Under the pieces are notes generated by a model. It was not told where the DNA came from, ran no database searches, and saw only the letters and a program-made list of their open reading frames with translations. A stretch of DNA of 63,859 nt from Agathobacter sp. (lineage in GTDB: Bacteria > Bacillota > Clostridia > Lachnospirales > Lachnospiraceae): contig JAZKYR010000108.1 in the NCBI GenBank assembly GCA_045612245.1, forward strand, positions 1-63,859, given 5' to 3'. Positions 28,825-39,242 of the stretch are shown here, in pieces (position 1 is the first letter of the stretch; every line of letters begins with the position of its first letter). The translations under genes were made by a program, and so were the position numbers.

Positions 28825-30816
28825 GTGGCTAAAAAGAAGAAACCAGTTCTTAAGCTTTCCCGTGGCATGCGTAAGAAATTGATTGTCCTGTTTTCAGTGT
28901 TGATAATCTGTTTGTGTGCCTTGATTGGAAGGCTTATGTACATTAATTATACAAGTGGAGAAAAATACGAAAAGAAAGTACTATCGATGCAGTCATACGA
29001 TAGCGTAACGATTCCATATCAGAGAGGCGATATTGTTGATCGAAATGGAACGGTTATGGCTACCAGTGTGGCTGTTTATAATGTTATTATGGACTGTTCT
29101 GTCATGACAAGCGAAACAAAAGTTGATGGGGAAAAGGTGAAAAAATACTTAGAGCCAACGATTGACGCTTTGTTGGAATGTTTTCCAGAACTGGATAAAG
29201 CAACACTATATCAGTATGCAACGGAACGTCCAGACAGCAAATATATCGTATTATTAAAAAAACTTCCTTATGAAAAGATTCAGCCGTTTGTCCAAATGCA
29301 GGAAGAATTGGATGAAGATGGCAAAAAAGAAAATCCAAATATTAAGGGCGTTTGGTTTGAAAAAGAATATCAGAGAAGATATCCATTCAATAGTATGGCA
29401 AGTGCGGTGATTGGTTTTGCATCTTCGGGTAATGTAGGAACCGTTGGTTTGGAAAACTATTACAATGACACTTTAAATGGAATCAATGGACGTGAATATG
29501 GTTATCTAAATGCAGAAAGCGATTTTGAGAAGACCGTTATTGCACCACAGGATGGAAGTACTTTGGTTACTACCATTGATGCAAATATTCAGTCAGTTGT
29601 AGAAAAGAAGATCTTAGAATTTAACTCTGCGTATACCAATAATTACAGAGATGGTGATGGTAGCTTAAATACTGCTGTTATTATCATGAATCCAAATACA
29701 GGTGCTATTTTGGCAATGGCAGATTATCCAAACTTTGATTTAAACAATCCAAGAGATACTTCGAAACTCTTTACAGAAGAGGAATTGGAGACAATTTCGC
29801 AAGAAGAGCAGATGGATGCTTTAAATGAGTTGTGGAGAAATTATTGTATAACGGAAACGTATGAACCAGGTTCTGTACAAAAACCATTTACAATTGCAGG
29901 TGGTTTGGAAACAGGAACGTTAAATACCAATTTGTCGTTTCTTTGTGATGGACATGAAACAGTTTCGGGTAGTTTTGTAGGCTGTGTAAATCTGGATGGA
30001 CATGGCATTGTGAATTTGGAGAAGTCTCTGATGGAATCCTGTAACGATGCATTGATGCAGATGGGGATGAATTATATTGGAGTATCGAATTTTACAAGAT
30101 ATCAAAGTGTGTTTGGATTTGGCCAGAAAACTGGTATAGATCTTCCGGGTGAGGCGAATACAGCTTCCTTAATTTATACGGAAGATAACATGAAAACGAT
30201 TGACTTAGCGACAAATGCATTTGGACAGAACTACAACTGTACCATGATACAGGTAGCGAGTGCATTTTCGTCTATCGTAAATGGAGGATATTACTATCAG
30301 CCATATATCGTAAGTAAGGTGTTGGGAGCCGATGGAGGCACTCTTTCTGTGACAGAACCTACGGTTTTGAAACAGACGATATCCAAACCTACGAGTGATC
30401 TTTTGAGAAGCTATATGTACAGTACAGTAAATGCTGGTACAGCATCTACTGCAAAAGTAGATGGATATTCTTTGGGTGGTAAAACTGGTACTGCTGAAAA
30501 AATCCCACGTAAACAGGGGAATTATTTAGTATCATTCCTTGGATTTGCTCCATATGAGAATCCGGAAATCGTTATTTACTGTATTGTGGATGAACCAAAT
30601 TCAGCAGATCAGCCACATAGTTATTATGCACAGAATATTGTTCGTGAGATTCTGGAAGAGATTTATCCATATATGAACATTTTCCCAGACGAAGAGTTGA
30701 CTGGAAAGAATGCAAATCTGGATGTCACAGGTACAGATCCATTTTTTATGGGAGAAAGAGATGGTCACTACATACCAAGTGCTTCGGATGAACCTGTAGT
30801 AGATGTAGAACCATAG
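28825..30816 (+). CDS. Class B penicillin-binding protein (FtsI/PBP2b-like)
   Basis: RGDIVDRNG, SVQK (SxxK), SCN and KTG motifs. GTG start. Confidence 0.9.
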   Translation: MAKKKKPVLKLSRGMRKKLIVLFSVLIICLCALIGRLMYINYTSGEKYEKKVLSMQSYDSVTIPYQRGDIVDRNGTVMATSVAVYNVIMDCSVMTSETKVDGEKVKKYLEPTIDALLECFPELDKATLYQYATERPDSKYIVLLKKLPYEKIQPFVQMQEELDEDGKKENPNIKGVWFEKEYQRRYPFNSMASAVIGFASSGNVGTVGLENYYNDTLNGINGREYGYLNAESDFEKTVIAPQDGSTLVTTIDANIQSVVEKKILEFNSAYTNNYRDGDGSLNTAVIIMNPNTGAILAMADYPNFDLNNPRDTSKLFTEEELETISQEEQMDALNELWRNYCITETYEPGSVQKPFTIAGGLETGTLNTNLSFLCDGHETVSGSFVGCVNLDGHGIVNLEKSLMESCNDALMQMGMNYIGVSNFTRYQSVFGFGQKTGIDLPGEANTASLIYTEDNMKTIDLATNAFGQNYNCTMIQVASAFSSIVNGGYYYQPYIVSKVLGADGGTLSVTEPTVLKQTISKPTSDLLRSYMYSTVNAGTASTAKVDGYSLGGKTGTAEKIPRKQGNYLVSFLGFAPYENPEIVIYCIVDEPNSADQPHSYYAQNIVREILEEIYPYMNIFPDEELTGKNANLDVTGTDPFFMGERDGHYIPSASDEPVVDVEP

Positions 30817-30840
30817 ACGAGCAAAAATAATCAGTACAAA

Positions 30841-30894
30841 CATAACCTCATAATTGCCTACATAAGATACAATAAGGCAATTATGAGGTTTTTT
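30841..30894 (+). promoter_or_regulatory. Sigma-E-type promoter embedded in a 16-bp inverted repeat/terminator that also covers the RBS
   Basis: CATAA (30841)...CATAAGAT (30861). AACCTCATAATTGCCT / AGGCAATTATGAGGTT followed by TTTT. Confidence 0.7.
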
Positions 30895-32577
30895 ATGGAA
30901 AGAAATAAAACCTATAATCGAAAGAAGATTTGCATTTTTTGTTTTTTTATATTCTTTTGTGCATTTTATTTAACGGGACGACTAATATATCTTATGATAT
31001 TTAAACATGATTATTACACCGAAAAAGCAATAGATTTACAGCAGAGAGAAAGAATGATAAAGGCTGCTCGTGGAGAAATTATAGATCGAAATGGTGTAGT
31101 GTTAGCGACGAATGAAGCGGTTTGTACGATTTCTGTCATACATAATCAAATAAAAGATGAAGATGCTGTCATACGAATGCTTTGTGAAGAACTGGATTTA
31201 TCAGAAGAATATGTACGAAAACGAGTAGAAAAACTGTCCTCTATTGAAAAAATAAAGAGTAATGTGCCAAAAGAAATCGGTAATCGAATTATGGCTCATG
31301 CATTGCCAGGGATAAAGGTTGATGAGGATTATAAACGAGTCTATCCTTATAACGAGCTTGCTTCAAAGGTCTTAGGTTTTACAGGTTCGGATAATCAGGG
31401 GATTATTGGGCTGGAGTCAAAATATGAAAAATATTTAAAAGGTCAGGATGGTGCTATTTTGACCTTTACAGACGCCCGAGGACGAGAGTTAGACGATTTA
31501 ATAGAAAATCGAATAGAACCGATTCAAGGGAATACCTTACAAATAAGTATGGATTACAATATTCAGTCATATTGTATGCAGGCTGCTCAAAAGGCATATT
31601 TGCAGAAGGAAGCCGATGAGGTCAGTGTGCTTGTAATGAATCCTCAAAATGGCGAGCTATTGTCCATGGTCAATTATCCTGAGTTTAACTGCAATGACCC
31701 GTTTACACTTATTGAAAAGTATACGGATCTAAACGAAATGTGGAGAAATCCTTGTGTAAGTGACACCTATGAACCAGGGTCTACTTTTAAGATTATTACA
31801 ACCTCTGCAGCCTTAGAAGAAGGAACTGTAGGGATAGAAGATAGTTATTTTTGTCCAGGATATATTATGGTGGAAGATAGAAGAATACGTTGTCATAAGA
31901 CGACAGGGCATGGTTCAGAGACTTTTGAAGAAGGAATAGAGAACTCTTGTAATCCTGTATTTATATCAGTTGGTTTAGAGTTGGGAGTAGACCGCTATTA
32001 TCATTATTTTGAAAAGTTTGGATTGCTAGATAAGACCAAGATAGACCTACCAGGGGAAGCATCTACAATCATGCACAAAAAGGAAAAGGTAGGTCCGGTA
32101 GAACTGGCAACCATATCCTTTGGTCAGTCATTCCAGATTACTCCAATCCAGCTTGCTACGACGGTATCTTCACTAATTAACGGCGGAAACCGTGTAACGC
32201 CGCACTTTGCAATGTCTGTGACTGACAGTCAGAGTGGAGAAGTTACTGAGCTTGAATACGAAGTTTTATCGGATATATGTTCAGAAGAGACGTCAGAGAC
32301 CTTGCGATATTTATTAGAACAGGTTGTGTCAGAAGGGTCTGGAAACAAGGCATACGTAGAGGGCTTTGAAATAGGTGGAAAGACAGCAACATCACAGACC
32401 TTGCCTCGTTCGGAAAACAAATACATTTCTTCTTTCTTGGGAGTGGCGCCTGCATCAAATCCAGAAGTATTGGTTCTGGTGATTATTCATAATCCCAAAG
32501 GAATCTATTATGGTGGTACCATAGCGGCTCCGATTGCTCAGGAAATATTCGAAAATATACTCCCTTATCTTGATTAA
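30895..32577 (+). CDS. spoVD: Sporulation class B PBP SpoVD
   Basis: STFK, SCN and KTAT motifs, second PBP of the dcw cluster, sigma-E-like promoter. Start probably ATG 30895. Confidence 0.8.
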   Translation: MERNKTYNRKKICIFCFFIFFCAFYLTGRLIYLMIFKHDYYTEKAIDLQQRERMIKAARGEIIDRNGVVLATNEAVCTISVIHNQIKDEDAVIRMLCEELDLSEEYVRKRVEKLSSIEKIKSNVPKEIGNRIMAHALPGIKVDEDYKRVYPYNELASKVLGFTGSDNQGIIGLESKYEKYLKGQDGAILTFTDARGRELDDLIENRIEPIQGNTLQISMDYNIQSYCMQAAQKAYLQKEADEVSVLVMNPQNGELLSMVNYPEFNCNDPFTLIEKYTDLNEMWRNPCVSDTYEPGSTFKIITTSAALEEGTVGIEDSYFCPGYIMVEDRRIRCHKTTGHGSETFEEGIENSCNPVFISVGLELGVDRYYHYFEKFGLLDKTKIDLPGEASTIMHKKEKVGPVELATISFGQSFQITPIQLATTVSSLINGGNRVTPHFAMSVTDSQSGEVTELEYEVLSDICSEETSETLRYLLEQVVSEGSGNKAYVEGFEIGGKTATSQTLPRSENKYISSFLGVAPASNPEVLVLVIIHNPKGIYYGGTIAAPIAQEIFENILPYLD

Positions 32578-32598
32578 TAGAAGAAAAGGGATTATACT
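32570..32598 (+). promoter_or_regulatory. Internal sigma-A promoter for murD and downstream genes
   Basis: TTGATT, 17 bp, TATACT. Confidence 0.65.
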
Positions 32599-32646
32599 AT
32601 AAGTTGGTTTATAATAAGTACCAAACACAAGATTTGGAGGTATACC

Positions 32647-34008
32647 ATGAAATTAGAGGATAAAAAAGTCTTGGTAGTAGGCACTGGAATCAGTGGGATT
32701 GCTGCTACAGAACTTTTAGTGGGACAGAAGATTGATACAGTTCTATTTGATGGAAATAAAGAGCTAGATACAGAGAAACTTTATGCAAAAAGTGAAGTGC
32801 TTCGTCAGGTTCCTCTTTTATTGGGAGAAGTCCCAGAAGAAGAGATGAATCAGTTTGATGTAGTGGTTCTTAGTCCGGGTGTACCGACCGATTTACCTAT
32901 GGTAAATGCGATGCGTGAAAAGGGAATTGCTATTTGGGGTGAGATTGAGCTTGCATATTATTTTGCGAAAGGCCGCATTGTGGCGATTACTGGTACAAAT
33001 GGTAAGACTACCACGACAGCTCTTACAGGAGAAATTATGGCAAATTACTTTGCTAGTACCCAGGTTGTAGGAAATATTGGTATTCCATACACATCTGTTG
33101 CATTGGATACTACAGAGGATACAGTAACGGTTGCTGAAATTAGTAGCTTCCAGTTGGAAACAGTGCATGAATTTAAACCAGTAGTTTCAGCAATTTTAAA
33201 TATTACACCGGATCATTTAGACAGACATCATACGATGGAAGCCTATATTGGTGCTAAGACGGACGTGACAAAAAATCAGACTCAGAATGAAATCTGTGTA
33301 TTAAATTATGAGGATGAAGTGTTGCGCGAATTTTCCGTAACCTGTCCTGCAAAAGTAGTGTTTTTCAGTAGTAAACGTAAATTGACAGAAGGATTCTATT
33401 ATGCAGATAAAGAAATTTATTATGCACATGATGGAGTGGAAGAAAAAGTCATCCATGTGGATGAATTAAATATATTAGGAGAGCACAATTACGAAAATGT
33501 TATGGCAGCTACAGCTATGGCTATGGGGGTAGGCGTGCCTATGGAATCTATTCGTGAGGTGCTTCGCCGTTTTCAGGCGGTAGAACACCGTATTGAATAT
33601 GTAACCGAAAAACGCGGTGTGCGTTTTTATAATGACTCAAAGGGAACGAATCCAGATGCAGCAATCAAAGCGATTAAAGCAATGAATCGTCCAACCTATT
33701 TGATTGGGGGAGGATACGATAAGCAGTCTGAGTATGACGAGTGGATTGGAGCCTTTGATGGTAAGGTAAAAGAACTCGTGCTTATCGGTCAGACCGCAGA
33801 AAAAATTCAGGAATGTGCACATAAGCATGGTTTTATGAATACAATTATTTTTGAAACCTTTGAAGAGGCAGTTTCTTATTGCTATGAAAAAGCAACTTCT
33901 GGAGATGCGGTATTGCTTTCTCCAGCCTGTGCAAGCTGGGGCATGTTCCCTAATTATGAAGTAAGAGGAAAAATCTTCAAGGATATTGTTAGAAATTTTG
34001 AGGAGTAA
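32647..34008 (+). CDS. murD: UDP-MurNAc-L-Ala--D-Glu ligase
   Basis: SPGVP, ITGTNGKTT, EISSFQL, NDSKGTN and LSPACAS motifs. Confidence 0.96.
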   Translation: MKLEDKKVLVVGTGISGIAATELLVGQKIDTVLFDGNKELDTEKLYAKSEVLRQVPLLLGEVPEEEMNQFDVVVLSPGVPTDLPMVNAMREKGIAIWGEIELAYYFAKGRIVAITGTNGKTTTTALTGEIMANYFASTQVVGNIGIPYTSVALDTTEDTVTVAEISSFQLETVHEFKPVVSAILNITPDHLDRHHTMEAYIGAKTDVTKNQTQNEICVLNYEDEVLREFSVTCPAKVVFFSSKRKLTEGFYYADKEIYYAHDGVEEKVIHVDELNILGEHNYENVMAATAMAMGVGVPMESIREVLRRFQAVEHRIEYVTEKRGVRFYNDSKGTNPDAAIKAIKAMNRPTYLIGGGYDKQSEYDEWIGAFDGKVKELVLIGQTAEKIQECAHKHGFMNTIIFETFEEAVSYCYEKATSGDAVLLSPACASWGMFPNYEVRGKIFKDIVRNFEE

Positions 34009-34013
34009 AGTAA

Positions 34014-35156
34014 GTGGCAGAAAAGAAGCGTAGTCCAAAGAAACGCAAAGAGAATTCAATTTCATATTTTGATTATAATCTGCTATTTTTAGTAATCTTT
34101 CTAGTATGTTTTGGATTGGTTATGCTATATAGTTCCAGTTCATACATTTGTGCAAATTCAGCGAAATATAATTATGATGCTGCCTTTTATTTGAAAAGAC
34201 AGTTGCGAAATTATTTGGTTGGAATCGCGCTTATGGTTTTTCTTATAGCAGTGCCATATCGTAGGTGGAAATCCTGGGGATGGCTTGCATACTTTGCATC
34301 GTTTGCATTGTGTATACTGGTTATTTTTATCGGTTCAGAATCACATGGTCAGGCACGTTGGATTTATATCGGTTCCATTGGTTTCCAACCATCGGAAATC
34401 GCAAAGGTTGGCGTGATTGTGTTCCTGGCAATGCTTTTAGAGAAGATTTCGAAACAGTTAAAATCATGGAAAAATTTGGTTAAAGTGTTTGTGCTTTTGT
34501 TGCCGATTGTGGGAGCAGTAGCGTATAACAACTTAAGTACGGCCATTATTATCCTTGGAATTGCTGTGTGTATGATTTTTGTGGCGAGTCCTAAATATAT
34601 CCATTTCGTTGCAGTAGGTGCAGCGGCAATCGTTTTTGGGGTGATTTTCATCCTTACAGCGGGATATCGTGTAGGACGAGTGGAAGCTTGGCTTCATCCT
34701 GAAACCGCTGATCCAGCCGATGTATACCAGACCTTGCAGGGGTTATATGCCATTGGTTCAGGTGGCCTTTTCGGAAAAGGTTTGGGTGAAAGTTTGCAGA
34801 AACTGGGAAATGTACCAGAGTCACAGAACGATATGATTTTTACTATTATTTGTGAAGAATTAGGGTTGTTTGGAGCTGTTGGTGTAATTCTTTTATTTAT
34901 GCTTATCATTTGGAGAATGATGGTGATTTCAAATAATGCACCAGATTTGTTTGGCTCACTTTTAGTAGTAGGTGTAATGTCTCATATTGCGATTCAGGTT
35001 ATTTTGAATATTGCGGTAGTAACGAACTCTATCCCAAACACAGGTGTTATTCTCCCATTTATCAGTTATGGCGGTACTTCGATTATGATTTTGATGGGTG
35101 AAATCGGTTTGGTTTTAGGCGTGTCTAGGTCTATTCGACTAGAGAACATTAGATAG
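34014..35156 (+). CDS. ftsW: SEDS peptidoglycan glycosyltransferase FtsW/SpoVE
   Basis: FQPSE, GSGGLFGKG, PESQND and LPFISYGG motifs. Confidence 0.9.
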   Translation: MAEKKRSPKKRKENSISYFDYNLLFLVIFLVCFGLVMLYSSSSYICANSAKYNYDAAFYLKRQLRNYLVGIALMVFLIAVPYRRWKSWGWLAYFASFALCILVIFIGSESHGQARWIYIGSIGFQPSEIAKVGVIVFLAMLLEKISKQLKSWKNLVKVFVLLLPIVGAVAYNNLSTAIIILGIAVCMIFVASPKYIHFVAVGAAAIVFGVIFILTAGYRVGRVEAWLHPETADPADVYQTLQGLYAIGSGGLFGKGLGESLQKLGNVPESQNDMIFTIICEELGLFGAVGVILLFMLIIWRMMVISNNAPDLFGSLLVVGVMSHIAIQVILNIAVVTNSIPNTGVILPFISYGGTSIMILMGEIGLVLGVSRSIRLENIR

Positions 35157-35167
35157 TTGGAGCATAT

Positions 35168-36082
35168 ATGATTAAAGAAAAACGTAGAAAACAAAGACGA
35201 TTCAAAAAAATTTTGATAGCTCTTTTGATCTTCATGATTCTGCTAACAATAGCTGTTTTTGTGGTCATTAACGTTTTTGTAGTAAAGAAAGTAAAAGTAG
35301 AAGGAAATAAACTTTACAATCAACAGTTGATTACAGAAACCATTTTGAATGATGAATATTCTTGGAACAGTTTATATGTTCTTTTGAAATATACTTTTGT
35401 GGACACCAAAGATGTTCCATTTATTGATGAAATGGAGGTAAGGCTTGCAGATCCACAGACATTAGTCATCAAGGTATATGAAAAAGGAATGATGGGATAT
35501 CTCTATATAAATACAATTGGAGAAAATGCATATTTCGATAAAGATGGTTTTGTTGTAGAGACTTCTACCAGAATTATTGAGAATGTTCCAAGAGTAGAAG
35601 GGATTTCTTGTGACGAAGTAGTTTTATATGAGAAACTTCCAATTAATAATCGTAAACTGCGAGAGATGTTGACCCTTACACAGGCATTAAAAAGGGAAGG
35701 TATTGAGCCAGATACGATTCAGTTTGGCCTGGAACAGTCGCCAGTAGTATCTTATGGAAAAACAGAAGTATGGTTAGGTACTATTGAGTTATTGACAGAA
35801 AAGGTCAAGCATTTAAAAGAAATCTTTCCAAGTATAAATGGTATTCCTGGAGTTTTGCATATGGAAGATTGGGATGAGCAGACTGCGAATACCATATTTG
35901 AAAAACTTCCAGAGGTGGTAGAGGAAGAGTCAGAAACAGAGACAGAAGACGATGCACAATCAGAAACGGAAGGTGAATCTGAAGAAAATCAAGATGGTGG
36001 GGAAGATATTCCTGTAGATGACGAAGCACCACAAGATGATGGGGATGTGCCTGTAAATGGGGATGAAGATGTATCAAATTAG
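35168..36082 (+). CDS. ftsQ: FtsQ/DivIB-family protein with an acidic low-complexity tail
   Basis: Basic N-terminus, one TM helix, POTRA-like VKVEGN. Position before ftsZ. Confidence 0.8.
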   Translation: MIKEKRRKQRRFKKILIALLIFMILLTIAVFVVINVFVVKKVKVEGNKLYNQQLITETILNDEYSWNSLYVLLKYTFVDTKDVPFIDEMEVRLADPQTLVIKVYEKGMMGYLYINTIGENAYFDKDGFVVETSTRIIENVPRVEGISCDEVVLYEKLPINNRKLREMLTLTQALKREGIEPDTIQFGLEQSPVVSYGKTEVWLGTIELLTEKVKHLKEIFPSINGIPGVLHMEDWDEQTANTIFEKLPEVVEEESETETEDDAQSETEGESEENQDGGEDIPVDDEAPQDDGDVPVNGDEDVSN

Positions 36083-36228
36083 GTACATGTGCTGGAAAAT
36101 ATAAAAAAATTGAAATTTATGGTTGATTATTTGTTGAAATGATTATATTATAGTATATGATTTTTATAATTATAGGATAATTATGTGATTTTATATAAAC
36201 AGTGGTAGAGAAAGAGGAGGACGAAGCC

Positions 36229-37476
36229 GTGCTGGAAATTAGAACAACAGAAGCGGACGCTAGTGCAAAAATTATTGTTATCGGTGTAGGCGGTGCAGGG
36301 AATAATGCCGTAAACCGTATGATTGATGAAAACATCGGTGGGGTAGAATTTATCGGTGTTAATACAGATAAACAGGCTTTACAGTTATGTAAGGCTCCTA
36401 CATTAATTCAGATTGGTGAAAAACTTACCAAAGGACTTGGCGCTGGAGCTAAACCTGAAATCGGTGAAAAAGCTGCAGAAGAAAGTGCAGAAGAATTAGC
36501 AGCTGCTATCAAAGGTGCGGATATGGTATTCGTTACTTGTGGTATGGGTGGCGGTACAGGAACTGGTGCAGCTCCTGTTGTAGCTAAAATCTCTAAAGAT
36601 CAGGGTATCTTAACAGTAGGTGTAGTTACAAAGCCTTTCAAATTTGAAGCAAAACAGAGAATGATTAATGCGGTATCAGGTATCGACCATTTAAAAGAAA
36701 ATGTAGATACACTTATCGTTATTCCAAATGATAAACTTCTTGAAATCGTTGACAGACGTACTACAATGCCAGATGCATTGAAGAAAGCTGACGAAGTACT
36801 TCAGCAGGCAGTTCAGGGTATTACAGACCTTATCAATTTACCAGCTCTTATCAACTTAGACTTTGCAGACGTATCTACAGTTATGAAGGACAAGGGTATG
36901 GCACACATCGGTATCGGTAGTGCAAAAGGTGATGACAAAGCAATCGAAGCTGTTAAACTTGCAGTTGCTTCTCCACTTCTTGAAACTACAATCTCAGGTG
37001 CAAGCCATGTTATCATCAATATTTCTGGTGATATCTCTCTTATGGATGCAAATGATGCAGCAAGTTATGTTCAGGAACTCGCTGGTGATGATGCAAACAT
37101 CATCTTCGGTGCTAAGTATGATGAAACTATGGTTGATGAAGCAACAATCACAGTTATCGCTACAGGCTTAGAATCAGGTTCTAGAACAGCTATGCCTACA
37201 AACGTATCTCAGATGATGAAATACGACCAGGCTCCAGTGAGACAGACAGTTACACCAAACATGGCATCTCGTAGCGTTATGAACAATGGTTTACATACTG
37301 CAGCTCCAACAGCTAGACCAGTAGCTCCTGCACAGCCAGTAGCTCCAACAGCTACACCAGGCATGACACAGCAGGCTGCTCCTCAGATGAGCATTCAGAG
37401 ACCTGTTCAGCCACAGAGCAATGTTCAGCCAGTAGAAATCAATATTCCAGATTTCTTAAAGAACTCTAAAAGATAA
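36229..37476 (+). CDS. ftsZ: Cell division GTPase FtsZ
   Basis: [24 protein letters not shown] and C-terminal IPDFL. Start moved to GTG 36229 (RBS GAGGAGG). Confidence 0.97.
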   Translation: MLEIRTTEADASAKIIVIGVGGAGNNAVNRMIDENIGGVEFIGVNTDKQALQLCKAPTLIQIGEKLTKGLGAGAKPEIGEKAAEESAEELAAAIKGADMVFVTCGMGGGTGTGAAPVVAKISKDQGILTVGVVTKPFKFEAKQRMINAVSGIDHLKENVDTLIVIPNDKLLEIVDRRTTMPDALKKADEVLQQAVQGITDLINLPALINLDFADVSTVMKDKGMAHIGIGSAKGDDKAIEAVKLAVASPLLETTISGASHVIINISGDISLMDANDAASYVQELAGDDANIIFGAKYDETMVDEATITVIATGLESGSRTAMPTNVSQMMKYDQAPVRQTVTPNMASRSVMNNGLHTAAPTARPVAPAQPVAPTATPGMTQQAAPQMSIQRPVQPQSNVQPVEINIPDFLKNSKR

Positions 37477-37493
37477 TTTTTAAATACGATATT

Positions 37494-37528
37494 AAAGACC
37501 AGTCACATTGTGTGACTGGTCTTTTTTT
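37494..37528 (+). terminator. ftsZ terminator
   Basis: AAAGACCAGTCACA-ttg-TGTGACTGGTCTTT followed by a T-run. Confidence 0.88.
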
Positions 37529-37583
37529 ATGCGTATGCCTCATTCTGACAAAATCTGCATTTGAAATATGCTATTCTAGTTTT

Positions 37584-38369
37584 ATGCGGTACATATTTTA
37601 TGCAGATGTGTTTTTTTTACAGAATTTCATAATTAAAGTGGCGGTGTTATATCTTTCGTTGTATTGGAACAAGGTGTATTTCGAGACAACAAGAATAAAG
37701 GGGATTGGTAAAATCTGCTTTGCTTCAGCAATAGGTACACTGATAGAACTTGCAGGACTTTTGTTAAGTGGTTCCTATAATGTTTTTATTGCGATTATGC
37801 ATTTGCTGGAGATTCCTTTGATGACATGGTATATATCAGGGATGCAACGGCGAAAAATGTTTCCAATCATTCTTACAGGATATTTTTTTCTGATGCTTAT
37901 TAATGGAGTTCTTGAAGCCGTATGGAACCAATTTGGAGAGCTGGGAAGTTATATATTTTATCTGATTTTTTCATGTGGTGTAGTCATTGTGTGTGCCCGG
38001 ATGTGGAGTAATTATAAATGTATACAAAAGGGCGTGTTTCAGGTGGAGCTGATACATCGGGGAAAAAGGGTTCAGATGAAAGGATTTTACGATTCTGGAA
38101 ATAAGCTGAAGGATTCTTATTCGAATAAAGGAGTCCATATTATTGCGCAAGATAAGCTTGCAACACTGGAAGTAGAAGCCCCTGTTTATGTTCCATATCA
38201 TTCTCTTGGAAATGAAACCGGAATGCTTACCGTTTACTATATTGATGAATTCATAGTTGAAGGAGAACAGAAAAGGATAAAAATACAAAATTGCCCATTC
38301 GGTGTAACAAAAGACAATCTTTTTGAAGGAAAAAATTATCAAATAATATTAAATGAAGAGGTGTTTTAG
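37584..38369 (+). CDS. spoIIGA: Pro-sigma-E processing aspartic protease SpoIIGA
   Basis: [10 protein letters not shown] start, five TM helices, catalytic DSGN, VPYHSLG. Directly precedes sigE. Confidence 0.88.
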   Translation: MRYIFYADVFFLQNFIIKVAVLYLSLYWNKVYFETTRIKGIGKICFASAIGTLIELAGLLLSGSYNVFIAIMHLLEIPLMTWYISGMQRRKMFPIILTGYFFLMLINGVLEAVWNQFGELGSYIFYLIFSCGVVIVCARMWSNYKCIQKGVFQVELIHRGKRVQMKGFYDSGNKLKDSYSNKGVHIIAQDKLATLEVEAPVYVPYHSLGNETGMLTVYYIDEFIVEGEQKRIKIQNCPFGVTKDNLFEGKNYQIILNEEVF

Positions 38370-38370
38370 A

Positions 38371-39144
38371 ATGTTACATATTAATTGGAGCAAAGTGGTT
38401 GATTACTATTACTATTGGAAAAGAAACTTCTGGTATTATGGGAAGAGAATTAAAGAACTGTTAAATGGAGAAACGCAAAAGGATACCGTGCTTTATATTG
38501 GTGGCTCGGAGGTTTTGCCTCCTCCTTTGAGTACAGAGGAAGAAAAACAATGTCTTTTAGCCATTAATACAGAAAATGGTGAAGAAGCAAGAAAAAAATT
38601 GATTTCACATAACCTTAGACTTGTGGTATATCTGGCTCGTAAATTTGAGAATACGGGAGTGGGAGTGGAAGATTTGATATCGATTGGGACGATAGGTCTG
38701 ATAAAAGGAATTCATACCTTTAATCCTGAAAAGAATATCAAGCTCGCCACCTATGCGTCAAGATGTATAGAGAATGAGATTCTGATGCATTTGAGAAGAA
38801 GCAATAAACTGAAACTAGAGGTGTCCTTTGATGAGCCTCTCAACGTCGACTGGGATGGAAACGAACTTCTTTTATCTGATATCTTAGGTACAGAAGAGGA
38901 TGTTATATATAAAGATTTGGAAACGGAAGCGGAGATAGCCATGCTTCGAAAAGCGATGGAGAAATTATCGGATCGAGAACGCGAAATTATAGAACTTCGA
39001 TACGGATATAATCAGAAAAATGACAAAGAGATGACGCAAAAAGAAGTGGCTGATTTGTTGGGGATTTCTCAATCTTATATATCAAGATTGGAAAAAAAGA
39101 TTATGTTACGATTGCGTCGTGAAATACAACGCATTGAATCGTAA
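38371..39144 (+). CDS. sigE: Sporulation sigma factor SigE (pro-form)
   Basis: [36 protein letters not shown] and [10 protein letters not shown] motifs. Start at 38371 or 38353. Confidence 0.95.
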   Translation: MLHINWSKVVDYYYYWKRNFWYYGKRIKELLNGETQKDTVLYIGGSEVLPPPLSTEEEKQCLLAINTENGEEARKKLISHNLRLVVYLARKFENTGVGVEDLISIGTIGLIKGIHTFNPEKNIKLATYASRCIENEILMHLRRSNKLKLEVSFDEPLNVDWDGNELLLSDILGTEEDVIYKDLETEAEIAMLRKAMEKLSDREREIIELRYGYNQKNDKEMTQKEVADLLGISQSYISRLEKKIMLRLRREIQRIES

Positions 39145-39242
39145 AGATAATTTATCTAAAAATGTTAAATTTTCAGAAAATTATAGAAGTATACAATATA
39201 TAGTGGTATAATACATATATAATATAAAAAGGAGATGAGCCT

